Assembly: GCA_965371515.1 (NCBI GenBank)
Contig: CBDUYR010000050.1
Coordinates: forward strand, 1-20,079
Length of the DNA: 20,079 nt
Direction of reading: 5' to 3'
DNA from: an uncultured bacterium
GTDB lineage: Bacteria > Krumholzibacteriota > Krumholzibacteriia > Krumholzibacteriales > Krumholzibacteriaceae
The notes under the pieces were generated by a model. That model was not told the DNA's origin. It made no database searches and saw only the letters and a list, made by a program, of their open reading frames with translations. Positions 1 through 9,088 of this stretch are shown here, piece after piece. Within the stretch, counting starts at the first letter, position 1. Each line of letters opens with the position of its first letter. The position numbers and the translations under genes are program-made.

Positions 1-87
1 GTTGCGACTATTGAGGAGATAATCGTAGTCAGAAAGGACGGCGGGGAATTCCTGTCGAAGCCGCAGAGAGAACTGATCCTCGTCTAG
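1..87 (+). CDS. C-terminal fragment of an M24-family (Xaa-Pro) metallopeptidase, truncated by the window edge
   Basis: Frame 1 reads VATIEEIIVVRKDGGEFLSKPQRELILV* (TAG 85-87). This resembles the M24 C-terminal 'xIEE/DxxxVtedG.E.Ls.pq.el' segment that carries the last metal-binding Glu. Not in the ORF track because it has no start codon here. Confidence 0.7.
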   Translation, partial: VATIEEIIVVRKDGGEFLSKPQRELILV

Positions 88-1715
88 AAGTTTTCAGGAG
101 GGTCAGGCGAATCCGACCAGAGCGTCCTCCAGATAATAAAGTGCGAATCGGGGACCTTTCCAAACCGGGGGGCCCGGGACGGTATCGGGGGACCCCGGTA
201 GACCTCCCACTCTTCCATCATCTTCAGGACTATGCTGCGTCTGTTCGGTCTCCGAACAATTATCTTCGTGAAACCCGCCGAATAGTCAACCCTCACATTT
301 GCAATGTAATCAACGTCTGCAGCCTTGAGATAGCCGGTTAGATCCCCCTTCTGAAGGTGCCTGTAGTATTCATGTCCGTTCGCCTTACCATCCAGGTTTA
401 TAACTTTTCTCTCGGAATAGTAACCGAACAGACCAGCGTCGAGTATTGCAATGACCGCATCCGGCTCGGTTTTTTCCCGGACCCACAGCGCCGCCTGCAT
501 CCATCCTTCATGTTGACGTTTCTTGATCTGGACCTCGTTTATCCTGAGGTAGACCGTCACCACGATCAACGGCAGTATCACAGCGATCTGGAGAATACAA
601 CTCAGACGTCTCCTGGACTCCAGGACGAGATAGAAGGAACGAGGCAAGGCGAGAGCGATGGTAATGCCGTACAGAACAAAATGCCACCAGTAAACTCCCC
701 AGCTCATGAAAAGGAAGATATGCGTGAAGTGTAAAATCGATGCTATTGCAAGCATTACCAGGGGTGATGTTGCTGTCTTTTTCGAATCCCTGTCCCGATA
801 ACTTCTGACCACCGATACGAATACGACGAGAACGATCAGAACGACGATCATCATCGCTCCGATCCGCACATCACTTTTCAGATTCAGCGGACTTCTGAGG
901 GCGGGAAATGAGCTTTTGACCCTGCCGCTCAGCGGCATGAATCGCCCGAAAACAATCCTGTTCCAGGCGAGGTAGGGTGTCATCGTAAGAGCAAATCCGG
1001 CGCAGATCATCACTGTACGGCGAACCGCGGTCTTCAGGTCCACCCAGCGAAGTACTGCTGCGAGCAGGGTCAGGCACAGAACCGATGCTATCAGAAAAAC
1101 CGAATCAAGCCTGCTGAGCGTCACGACTCCAAGGAAGAATCCGATCAGAATGGCGCGTTTCCCCTGCACGGAAGGATCGAGCCAGCGTTCCTTGTAACAA
1201 AAATAGACGAATAAGAGAACCAGCAGGATCTGCAGACCGGTTTCGAGACCGTTTATCATCGCTGTCAGAAGATTTGGGAGAAGAGCCAGGACGACTGCAA
1301 CCGAGCCTAACCCGGGGGCAACGAATCTATCGACGAGTCTGTATATCAGGACCAGAGAAGCAAAAGCAATTAACCCTCCAGTCACAAGAATCACGATGAG
1401 GGGCGTCAGCAGTCCTCCGCTGGCTAACTTGTATACGAGAACGTTATAGAGCATCCACAGCGGATGAAACCCGTTCGTAGGTGCGATCCCGTCGAAGGTG
1501 CAGCCTGCCCCGCTCGTGATGTTTTTCGCAATTTTAAAATAGTAGAAGGCATCGTCTGAAAATACAGATAGGACGGCACCCTGAGAATCCATAAACAGGA
1601 CATGCACCAGGTAGCCTGCTGTCAGAATCCCCAAGATCGCATAGACGACCCTCTTCTGCGAAAACAGGCTCCTGTATCCGTGGTTCGATTCCTGCACATT
1701 GTCCCTTTCCGTCAT
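84..1715 (-). CDS. Polytopic membrane protein, GT-C-like glycosyltransferase (ArnT/PMT-like)
   Basis: Many hydrophobic segments, 'SDDAFYYFKIAKNI..G.G.TFDG..PTNGFHPLW' after the first TM, 'GLETGL', 'SRLDS', and a soluble C-terminal 'DAGLFGYYS...INLDGKAN' domain. ATG at 1715 is preferred over TTG at 1730 because the TTG overlaps a predicted -10 box. Confidence 0.75.
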   Translation of the reverse strand: MTERDNVQESNHGYRSLFSQKRVVYAILGILTAGYLVHVLFMDSQGAVLSVFSDDAFYYFKIAKNITSGAGCTFDGIAPTNGFHPLWMLYNVLVYKLASGGLLTPLIVILVTGGLIAFASLVLIYRLVDRFVAPGLGSVAVVLALLPNLLTAMINGLETGLQILLVLLFVYFCYKERWLDPSVQGKRAILIGFFLGVVTLSRLDSVFLIASVLCLTLLAAVLRWVDLKTAVRRTVMICAGFALTMTPYLAWNRIVFGRFMPLSGRVKSSFPALRSPLNLKSDVRIGAMMIVVLIVLVVFVSVVRSYRDRDSKKTATSPLVMLAIASILHFTHIFLFMSWGVYWWHFVLYGITIALALPRSFYLVLESRRRLSCILQIAVILPLIVVTVYLRINEVQIKKRQHEGWMQAALWVREKTEPDAVIAILDAGLFGYYSERKVINLDGKANGHEYYRHLQKGDLTGYLKAADVDYIANVRVDYSAGFTKIIVRRPNRRSIVLKMMEEWEVYRGPPIPSRAPRFGKVPDSHFIIWRTLWSDSPDPPENF

Positions 1716-1729
1716 AACAAATCGCTGCA

Positions 1730-1758
1730 AGTCTAATAGAACTATAAATACGTGTCAA
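1730..1758 (-). promoter_or_regulatory. Sigma70-type promoter for the GT-C-like gene
   Basis: Minus strand TTGACA (1758-1753), 17 nt, TAGACT (1735-1730), in an AT-rich divergent intergenic region. The + strand also has TATAAT boxes at 1769-1774 and 1804-1809. Confidence 0.6.
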
Positions 1759-1873
1759 TATCCGGCACTATAATGAAATGTTTCTCTTATCCGTATATTT
1801 TTATATAATTTACTCATAAAACATTGCTCATGTGCTCATACACAGGTATCCATCTTGCTTCATTCAGACACCA

Positions 1874-3349
1874 ATGACCATGAACGAATCAAACGGAATA
1901 AACTCAGGCAAAAAAAAGACCGGGGCAAGAAACTGGTTGAGCTCCAGATTTCACCATCTGAAATCGCTTCTACTTATTGTCATAATGGGGGTACTGGTAG
2001 GAAAACAGATCTACAACCCTTCGAAAAGATTCATAGAAGCCCTCATCGCGTTAGTCCTCGTATTCGTCATGTGGAATCTCTCGACGGTGAGCGCGCTGCT
2101 GTTCTTCATCGTTATATATCCATATCCTTTCGGGATCTCGCTGGGCCATTCCAATTTTATATTCCTCGTGATCATATTCAACATCTACCTTCTGAGGGTC
2201 TCCCTGAAACTCGAGACATTCAAGAGCGACAAGACCTTCAACCTTCCACTTGGCCTGACCGCCGTTTCTTACATACTTTCTCTCAGTAACTTCGATTACG
2301 GCGCCGGCCTCGGGCAGGAAGCTTTTATCAACACAACGTCCATGTTCTCGGCGATTATGCTCTTTTATCTCGTGATCAATATGGTCGATGACGAGATAAA
2401 ACTCCGGATGGCCATCAACAGCATCATCGTCTCGATCACGCTTGTCCTGGCGTTTACATTGACGGAGATGCTTTTCCCGGGCAAGACCATAATACCTGCC
2501 TGGCTCTACAGCGAGCACAAGGTCGGCCTTATCGTAAAAGGCTTGAGAATGGAAGGCCCGTTTCATGATTTTGAACTCCTGGCGGAATTTCTTTCTCTCA
2601 GCATACCGCTTATGATATTTATGGTCGTCAGGTCAAAGCGGTTGTTGATGCGCATGATCTACACGCTGCTTCTTGTGACATGTCTCTTCCTGATGTTTGC
2701 CACGATTACCCGCGGTGCGTTCATTACCCTCGTCATCGGACTTGTGTATATGGGATATTCCTGCAGAAAAGACCTCGACATCGTAAAGGTAGCAGCCATA
2801 GCAGGAGCGTTCGTTGCTCTGATATTCATACTGGAGGCTTTTGTCGCTCGGTACACTGTCGCCGGATCACTCTTCGATAGACTCGTCAAAACGAGCTTCG
2901 AGAGCGGCATCATTCCAAAGAACAGACACGCGGGATGGACGCAGGGCATCGAGCGCGCCCTATGGCATCCGTTGCTGGGCAACGGTCCAGCCCTGGACTG
3001 GTCGAAAGGTGTCTCAATGCCGGTCTATCCTCACAACGGGTACTTGTTCATTCTGGACATGACAGGCCTGCTGGGACTGTCAGCCTACCTGCTGCTTCTC
3101 TATCGTCTCACAAAGACATCTTTAATAACGATCAGGGATTCCATCGTCTCGGCCCCGCTCCCGCAAGCTTTTATGAAGTTGCTCAACGTCTGGCTTGTGA
3201 TGTTCATGATCGATCAGATCAAGATCGAATACCTTAGAAACAACATCTATATCTACTATGTCTGGCTCTTCTTCGCCCTTATCCCCGCAACCCGCAATGT
3301 GATTTTGAAAATGGAGAGGGAGCAGCCAACGCATGCTCCCCCGTCCTGA
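1874..3349 (+). CDS. O-antigen ligase / Wzy_C family membrane protein
   Basis: About 12 hydrophobic segments, 'RMEGPFHDFELLAEFL', 'ATITRGAFI', 'R...W...I....HPLLGNG', and 'PHNGYLFILDMTGLLG' with the conserved His of WaaL-like proteins. Start uncertain (GTG 1832, ATG 1874 or ATG 1880). Confidence 0.8.
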   Translation: MTMNESNGINSGKKKTGARNWLSSRFHHLKSLLLIVIMGVLVGKQIYNPSKRFIEALIALVLVFVMWNLSTVSALLFFIVIYPYPFGISLGHSNFIFLVIIFNIYLLRVSLKLETFKSDKTFNLPLGLTAVSYILSLSNFDYGAGLGQEAFINTTSMFSAIMLFYLVINMVDDEIKLRMAINSIIVSITLVLAFTLTEMLFPGKTIIPAWLYSEHKVGLIVKGLRMEGPFHDFELLAEFLSLSIPLMIFMVVRSKRLLMRMIYTLLLVTCLFLMFATITRGAFITLVIGLVYMGYSCRKDLDIVKVAAIAGAFVALIFILEAFVARYTVAGSLFDRLVKTSFESGIIPKNRHAGWTQGIERALWHPLLGNGPALDWSKGVSMPVYPHNGYLFILDMTGLLGLSAYLLLLYRLTKTSLITIRDSIVSAPLPQAFMKLLNVWLVMFMIDQIKIEYLRNNIYIYYVWLFFALIPATRNVILKMEREQPTHAPPS

Positions 3350-3376
3350 TCGATTCTCTTTCCTGTTTCCGGCGTT

Positions 3377-4321
3377 CTATTCGAGCAGGAACTTTCCGTT
3401 ATTAATGATCTCTGTTCTGCCGGCCGTGAGTGTGACCTTCTCTACCAGGGCGTCGAAGTGCCACTTGCTCTTGTTCTTCCCCAGCCCGTAACTGTCGCCG
3501 ATCGCAAAGTGGACCGTGCCGAAGGCCTTCTCAGCCTCGAGCATGTTCCTGCAGATCTTCGCACCCTTGTTGGTGCCGACTCCGAACTCGCCGACGATGT
3601 ATCCGGTCTTGTCCTTCCCGATCTGCTTCAGGATCTGAGCTATACCCTTTCCCTTGAAATCAACAAGCTTGCCCTTCTCGAAGATCATCGTCCCGCGTCC
3701 GATCTTATCGTCGATGAGGCTGATGATCAGCTTGCCCGTAAAGGTGCTCTCCACCGGGCAGGTGTAGCACTCGCCGGCGGGGAGGTTGCCGTGGTTGCCC
3801 ATCTTGCTGATATCGCCGTTGTCGTTCTCCCACTTGCGGCCCTTAACACTGAAGGTGATGTCCGTACCGAGCTTGTTGGTCACCCGGACCTCGGTCTTGT
3901 CTTTCAGCGCCCGGATCGCCTTCTTTGTCAGCTGGTCGAGCTTTCTGAAGTCGATATTGACGAGCCTCTCCATCATGCTGACCGTTATGCCCGGCATCAT
4001 GCAGATGCGGCCGCCCTTGCCGCCGTGCTCGACCATGTAGCCCCGGAACGGCTTCTCGGCCACCCTCGCATCAAGCATATAGATAGAGGCGTCGGCTTTT
4101 TTCATCATCCCCTTGAAAATCTCTGTCGGTGCGGTGATAGGCCTCAGTGTTTCGGTCATCATGTATGTCGTGACCTCGGCCCCTCCCTTCTTGCCCCAAT
4201 AGGCCAGAGCCTCTGCGATTTTCATCTTCTGGCGATCGGTCACGATAAGGAAATTCTCGCCCTTCTTCACCTTGAGAGAGCCGGTGACTGCCTGCTTCGC
4301 GGCGCTCATCAACTTGTCCAT
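3377..4321 (-). CDS. M29-family aminopeptidase (thermophilic metalloprotease / leucyl aminopeptidase-like)
   Basis: Motifs 'GTDITF', 'GNLPAGE', 'GEFGVGTN', 'LEAEKAFGTVHFAIG', 'HFDALV'. Strong SD AAGGAGG upstream of the ATG. Confidence 0.88.
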   Translation of the reverse strand: MDKLMSAAKQAVTGSLKVKKGENFLIVTDRQKMKIAEALAYWGKKGGAEVTTYMMTETLRPITAPTEIFKGMMKKADASIYMLDARVAEKPFRGYMVEHGGKGGRICMMPGITVSMMERLVNIDFRKLDQLTKKAIRALKDKTEVRVTNKLGTDITFSVKGRKWENDNGDISKMGNHGNLPAGECYTCPVESTFTGKLIISLIDDKIGRGTMIFEKGKLVDFKGKGIAQILKQIGKDKTGYIVGEFGVGTNKGAKICRNMLEAEKAFGTVHFAIGDSYGLGKNKSKWHFDALVEKVTLTAGRTEIINNGKFLLE

Positions 4322-4417
4322 CTGCTTCCTCCTTTACTGTCTCATGGCCGCATTATGTTCAATCGATTTTTCATATCCGTTTTGCGCGTACCCGTAACCC
4401 CCTGCGGCGCGGGTTGA

Positions 4418-4448
4418 CATGATAAGCATATTCGTCGGAGGAGGTCAA
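4418..4448 (-). promoter_or_regulatory. Putative sigma70 promoter for the aminopeptidase
   Basis: Minus strand TTGACC, 18 nt, TATCAT, embedded in a GGTTGAC...GTCAACC inverted repeat (4412-4450). Confidence 0.4.
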
Positions 4449-4463
4449 CCTGGAGAATTCGGA

Positions 4464-6779
4464 TCACCTGAGAAGAACGATCTTGCGGGAAAACAACTTC
4501 GATCCAACGGTCAGCCTTATAAAATAAATGCCGCTGGCAGTTGTCCCGCCCCCCGTCCCGATTCCGTCCCATGAGATGGAGTGCGACCCCACCTCCCTGA
4601 AGCCATCCATCAGGACTGACACCCTTCTCCCCGCCACGTCGAAGATCTCGAGCGTTACGCGGGCGTGCCCTGAATGAGACGCGTCATCTTCACCGACGGT
4701 GAACCTGACCGTCGTCCGGGGGTTGAACGGATTCGGATAGATACTTCCTATGCCGGAACTTATGGCAGGAACCTCTTTCGCGTCGGTGATGTCCGAGACA
4801 GTGTGGCTCCAGAGATAGCTCCAGGCACTCCTGTGGCCCTCTGCATCTACGGCCCTCACCTTGTAGGTATAGCTGTCGATACTCGTCGCTTCCCGTATCA
4901 GGAAAGTATCGGAATGAGCAGTGGCGATCTCCGACTTCGACGCGTAAACCGGAACAGGAGTTATGTTATCGACATATATCCCTTCCTCGTTGACATACGA
5001 GTCGGAGCTGTACGAGATCCTCAACATCGCGGCCATACCGGGGAGGGGCTCCACCAGCGGACCGACGTGGAACGTCGCCGTTATCCATCCGCCCGAGAAC
5101 CCGGTGATCCCGTTTCCGCGGTTGTTGCCGTTCGGATCGGCCGTAGTCGTCACACTCCCCATGCAGGTCGACCAGGTGACCCCTCCGTCATCGCTCGTCT
5201 CGATGTAGGCGTAGTCCCAGCCTTCCTCCAGCTCGTACCAGAGGTCGCACTGGAAGGACTGGCCGAGCAGTGCATAGAAATATGGTTCTGTCAGGATCAT
5301 CGAATTTTCGGCATTATCGTCCCGTCCGGAGTAATAACTCTCCGATGGCGACGCGTACCTGGCCGAACTGACCGTGAATCCATCGAGCTCCCAAACGGTC
5401 CCGCTTCCAGAGCCTGAATCGCTCGCTGCCGTATATCCGATATACTCCAGGACATCCCATGCGATCGCGGGATTGGGATCGCCCGTTTCGGTCCCCGACC
5501 ATGTGATGATGTGGTATGGATCGGCCAGATCGGAGACATCTTCTATAACGGGCGTGTACGGACCGAGAACAGAGTACGGGTCATCCGCCCTGCTGAGCAG
5601 GGTGAGGTTCAGCCCGAGGACTTTCTCGAAGGTCGGCACGATGAGAGAGTCGGGAGGCCCGAAACCTCCTTCGTTGTATGTATTGAGCTCGATCGTGTAG
5701 CTGAATATCCTGTTCTTCGACTCTGTCTCTCCGTACATCCAGTCATCCGTATCGCCGTTGGCCGGGTAGAGGATGTTCGTCGCCGTGCACCCTACATAGT
5801 AGTCGTTGCCGCGACTGAGCGAATCGCCGAGGACGGTGAACATCTCGTGGTCGTCGGTATAGACTGCGTCGTATCCCCACGGGTGGATTATCAGCTCGCC
5901 GTACGAATGATACGAGAGAGCTACGGAAAACTCCCTCGTGGCGCAGAAATCCCTCACCGCCTGCGTCTCCGGCTCGCTGAATGCGTAGGGCCCCCTGTAG
6001 AGCAAGTTGAATGGATCGGGCGAACTGCCCACGTCGTCGTATCCCCACTGGTAGCCGTAGTTCCTGTTGAGGTCGACACCGATGCTGCCGTCGCCGTTGT
6101 CCCTCCGGTTTTTCCTCCACCAGTTCCACCAGTCGTCGGTGTGGTTGTTCTGGACGTACACGTGCCCGTCGGGGTTTATCATCGGTGCTATCCATATCTC
6201 CCGTTCGTCTACCATCGATGTGACGAAAGAGCTGACGCCATAGTTTGACAGAAGATATCCGGCGAACATCAGCGGAACGTCGACCGACATCAGCTCCCGG
6301 GCGTGATGGCATCCGACTATCAGCACTTCCGTCTCCCCCTCATCGAATCCGGCATTGTCCGAGATCTTCAGCGCGACAATAACCCTTCCCTCAATCGACG
6401 TTCCGATTGTGTCGAGCCTTGTCAAGGCAGGGAAATCGAGGACCATCTGTTCCAGCGCCGAGAGCATCTCGTCGTAGGTATGGTACAGACCGAGGTTCTC
6501 GTCGAGGTCGGCGGCTGCTCCGAGCATCGGCCGGGCAAGGACCTCGACACGGAGCGAACCGGATCGAAGCCATTCGAGCTGATCGTCCGTGACGACCATA
6601 TCGAACGATCCGTCCCGGTTGACGGCCAGGACGTCGATCCCACGGATCGTCAGATCGCCGAAGCCGGCTCCCCTGGGAAGGCGCGCCCGGACCAGCGTAG
6701 TGCTGTTCTCCGCAGTGGCCGCGGACACGACTGTGATAATCAACATGAATGCGAGAACGGATGCACGCCGGATGTTCAT
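4464..6779 (-). CDS. Secreted M14 zinc carboxypeptidase (carboxypeptidase T-like) with beta-sandwich domains and a C-terminal FlgD-Ig/Por-secretion (T9SS-like) tail
   Basis: Signal peptide and prodomain. Catalytic motifs HHARE, NPDG, WRKNR, GVDLNRNY, SEPETQA, YHSYG, YTIEL. 'ELEEGWDYAYIETSDDGG.TW' resembles an immune-inhibitor-A/MAM-like domain. C-terminal YPNPFNP...IFDVAGRRV...WDG...SGIYFIRL...KIVLLR. Confidence 0.9.
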   Translation of the reverse strand: MNIRRASVLAFMLIITVVSAATAENSTTLVRARLPRGAGFGDLTIRGIDVLAVNRDGSFDMVVTDDQLEWLRSGSLRVEVLARPMLGAAADLDENLGLYHTYDEMLSALEQMVLDFPALTRLDTIGTSIEGRVIVALKISDNAGFDEGETEVLIVGCHHARELMSVDVPLMFAGYLLSNYGVSSFVTSMVDEREIWIAPMINPDGHVYVQNNHTDDWWNWWRKNRRDNGDGSIGVDLNRNYGYQWGYDDVGSSPDPFNLLYRGPYAFSEPETQAVRDFCATREFSVALSYHSYGELIIHPWGYDAVYTDDHEMFTVLGDSLSRGNDYYVGCTATNILYPANGDTDDWMYGETESKNRIFSYTIELNTYNEGGFGPPDSLIVPTFEKVLGLNLTLLSRADDPYSVLGPYTPVIEDVSDLADPYHIITWSGTETGDPNPAIAWDVLEYIGYTAASDSGSGSGTVWELDGFTVSSARYASPSESYYSGRDDNAENSMILTEPYFYALLGQSFQCDLWYELEEGWDYAYIETSDDGGVTWSTCMGSVTTTADPNGNNRGNGITGFSGGWITATFHVGPLVEPLPGMAAMLRISYSSDSYVNEEGIYVDNITPVPVYASKSEIATAHSDTFLIREATSIDSYTYKVRAVDAEGHRSAWSYLWSHTVSDITDAKEVPAISSGIGSIYPNPFNPRTTVRFTVGEDDASHSGHARVTLEIFDVAGRRVSVLMDGFREVGSHSISWDGIGTGGGTTASGIYFIRLTVGSKLFSRKIVLLR

Positions 6780-7807
6780 CGAGGTTTCTCCAATGGTGTC
6801 TTTTCCAAATCGTCTTCAGTGACTTTTCCCTCTCTGACAGCAGCCTTGAGGCTTGAAAAGGACATTCCCTCCCTTGCAAGGCAGAAGAGCCCTGCGGCGG
6901 TCATAGGGATGAACGTCCAGGCGTGATATACGATCGAGATGCTGAGCGCCTCCGACTCGGCCACCCCGACGAGGCCGAGCCCGATGACGAAACAGTACTG
7001 AATCGTCCCGACGAATCCCGGAGCTGACGGGATCATTATCCCGAAGATGACGATGATGAATACGGTGATCGACGCGAGGACCTGGATGTCGAGCCCGAAC
7101 GACCTGATCACGAGATGCATGACGATTATATTGGGAATCCATACGAGAAAAGAGAGGAGCCCGGCGGCAACTATGTCCCGCGGGCGCTTGAGCACGGTGA
7201 GGCCCTCGACGAACGAGCCGAGCAGCTTCATTATCTTCGCCTCAGTGCCGGCCGAGAGGCGGGCAGTCAGGACCTTCGCTATGGCAAACACATTCTCTCG
7301 ATTGAAACGCAGCATCGCGAGGAAGACGAGTGCGAGAACGTAGAAGGCCACCGCGGCGTAGGCCACCTTCTTCATGGAAGGTGGTACGTTCAGCCTCCCG
7401 AAGAGCAGAACGATGATGAGGAAAATGATGATCGTCAAGCCGTCGAATACACGCTCAACTACGATCGAGGCGAACGAGGAGGTCTTGCTGATGCCCTCCT
7501 TCTCGCCTATCACCCATGCCCTGGCTATCTCACCGAGCCTGGCCGGGAGGAGGTTGTTGGCCATCAGGCCTATCGCAGAGGCGGAAAAGAGGTGCACGAA
7601 ACGAGCGTCGGTAATCGGGCGAAGAAGGTATTTCCATCTCATCGCCCTGAATACGACACTGCTCAGCATGAGAAAGAACGCCGGCACTAGCCATATGTAC
7701 TCGGCACGCGCAAGAGACTCCGCAAGCTGGCCGGCATCCACCTTCCGGAAGGCAAGGTAGAGAAGAAGCGCGCTCACGAGAAGACCGATAATTGTTCTCT
7801 TCTTCAA
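6776..7807 (-). CDS. Lysylphosphatidylglycerol synthase TM-domain / flippase-like protein (YbhN/AglD-like)
   Basis: Motifs 'RAMRWKYLL', 'GLMANNLLPARLGEIARA', 'SIVVERVFD', 'PSAPGFVG'. AGGAGG sits 6 nt before TTG 7807, whereas ATG 7813 abuts the SD. The stop overlaps the carboxypeptidase start (ATGA). Confidence 0.85.
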   Translation of the reverse strand: MKKRTIIGLLVSALLLYLAFRKVDAGQLAESLARAEYIWLVPAFFLMLSSVVFRAMRWKYLLRPITDARFVHLFSASAIGLMANNLLPARLGEIARAWVIGEKEGISKTSSFASIVVERVFDGLTIIIFLIIVLLFGRLNVPPSMKKVAYAAVAFYVLALVFLAMLRFNRENVFAIAKVLTARLSAGTEAKIMKLLGSFVEGLTVLKRPRDIVAAGLLSFLVWIPNIIVMHLVIRSFGLDIQVLASITVFIIVIFGIMIPSAPGFVGTIQYCFVIGLGLVGVAESEALSISIVYHAWTFIPMTAAGLFCLAREGMSFSSLKAAVREGKVTEDDLEKTPLEKPR

Positions 7808-7825
7808 AAGCATCCTCCTGGCGGC

Positions 7826-8224
7826 TCAATCAGCTGCCGGGGCGGCCGCGTCCCGCCCCCTCTCCCCTTCGATCGACCTCAGTCTCTCGCCGAGAAGAGC
7901 GTTGTGAACGGCAAGATCGTTGAGCTTCCTCTTCAATTCTGAGATTACGACGGAAAAATACAGGAGAAGAAGAAAAACGCCCGCTATCAGTACGATGAAC
8001 AACGCGGCGGGCGGGTAGAGAATGCCGAAAAATGACGAGATGCGGTCAAGCAAACCGCCGAAAACCGCGATTCCGATGAATATCCCGAAAATGGCCAGCC
8101 AGAGGATCGCGTACTCCACGAGCAGCTTTTTTCGGCGGATCAGCCATATGAGGGTAGCCAGGAGAAGTACTGCCCCTAGAACGCTGAAGAACTGGACCCG
8201 GGTGAGATAATATATATGATTCAA
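7826..8224 (-). CDS. DUF2304-family small membrane protein
   Basis: 'IRRKKLLVEYAILWL...LDRISSFFGILYPPAALF...SVVISELKRKLNDLA': three TMs plus a coiled tail, directly after a GT2 gene, which is the typical context. TTG start with GGAGG SD, overlapping the upstream stop (TTGA). Confidence 0.85.
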   Translation of the reverse strand: MNHIYYLTRVQFFSVLGAVLLLATLIWLIRRKKLLVEYAILWLAIFGIFIGIAVFGGLLDRISSFFGILYPPAALFIVLIAGVFLLLLYFSVVISELKRKLNDLAVHNALLGERLRSIEGERGRDAAAPAAD

Positions 8225-8922
8225 TTCTTTCCTCCGATCATATACTTAATGAATATAGTGAGAAGCACCTTGACGAGATAGTAGATCGTGTTCAGTGTGC
8301 CGATCGAAGAGACGCCCGCCTCGCGGCTGCGCATCGTCACCGGTACCTCTTTCACCTTGAAGCCTCCCCTGGTGAGGAGATAGATCTCCTCCGGTTCCGG
8401 ATAGTCGGATGGATAGTCTTTTACAACATAATCCACCGCCCGGCGTCTGTAGGCACGAAACCCCGACGTGTTATCGGTAAATCTCTTTCCCAGTATGACA
8501 AAGCTCAGATGAGAGAGCAGCTTGATTCCCAGCATACGCGTTCTCGAGGAATAGGCAGCGCCGCTCACGAGATACCTCGAACCGACAACCGCGTCGACTC
8601 CCTCTTCCCGAACCACAGAGACGAGTTTTGCCGCTTCGGACGGAGGGTGCTGCCCGTCGCCGTCGAGCCGCACGAGCGTGTCGTACCCGTTTTCGAGGAA
8701 ATAGGTGAATCCCGAGAGGATGGCCCCTCCTATGCCCATGTTGAATGGCATATCGAGGAACCTGATTCCGCCGATCGACGAGAGGATACTTCCCGTCCCG
8801 TCTGTAGAGCAGTCGTTGACGACAAGGATATCCGCCCCGGGCAGCTCGGCCCTGATGCCGTCGATGAGTTTCTCGATGTTGCCTTCCTCGTTGTATGCGG
8901 GAACCAGGGCCAGCAGTCGCAT
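8221..8922 (-). CDS. GT2 glycosyltransferase, DPM1-like (polyprenol-phosphate sugar synthase type)
   Basis: Motifs 'LVPAYNEE', 'VVNDCSTDGT', 'NMGIGGA', 'LDGDGQH', 'VVGSRY', 'TDNTSGFRAY', 'EVPVTMRSREAGVSS'. The likely start is ATG 8922. Confidence 0.9.
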   Translation of the reverse strand: MRLLALVPAYNEEGNIEKLIDGIRAELPGADILVVNDCSTDGTGSILSSIGGIRFLDMPFNMGIGGAILSGFTYFLENGYDTLVRLDGDGQHPPSEAAKLVSVVREEGVDAVVGSRYLVSGAAYSSRTRMLGIKLLSHLSFVILGKRFTDNTSGFRAYRRRAVDYVVKDYPSDYPEPEEIYLLTRGGFKVKEVPVTMRSREAGVSSIGTLNTIYYLVKVLLTIFIKYMIGGKN

Positions 8923-8988
8923 TCGGTATGACCTTTCGATTCGGAGTTCCCGGGCCAAAAATGGCTGCAGGAATGTATACAGATTATA

Positions 8989-9018
8989 ATTCTATCATCG
9001 AAAGACCTTCAATGTCAA
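8989..9018 (-). promoter_or_regulatory. Sigma70-type promoter of the GT2 operon
   Basis: Minus strand TTGACA (9018-9013), 18 nt, TAGAAT (8994-8989) preceded by TGn. An adjacent TATAAT follows immediately. Confidence 0.6.
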
Positions 9019-9088
9019 TAACGCCTTGTCTTTGTTAGATTTATAACGCGTCTACCTGCCTGCCCCCGGCACCACGCCCCCGCCGGGC

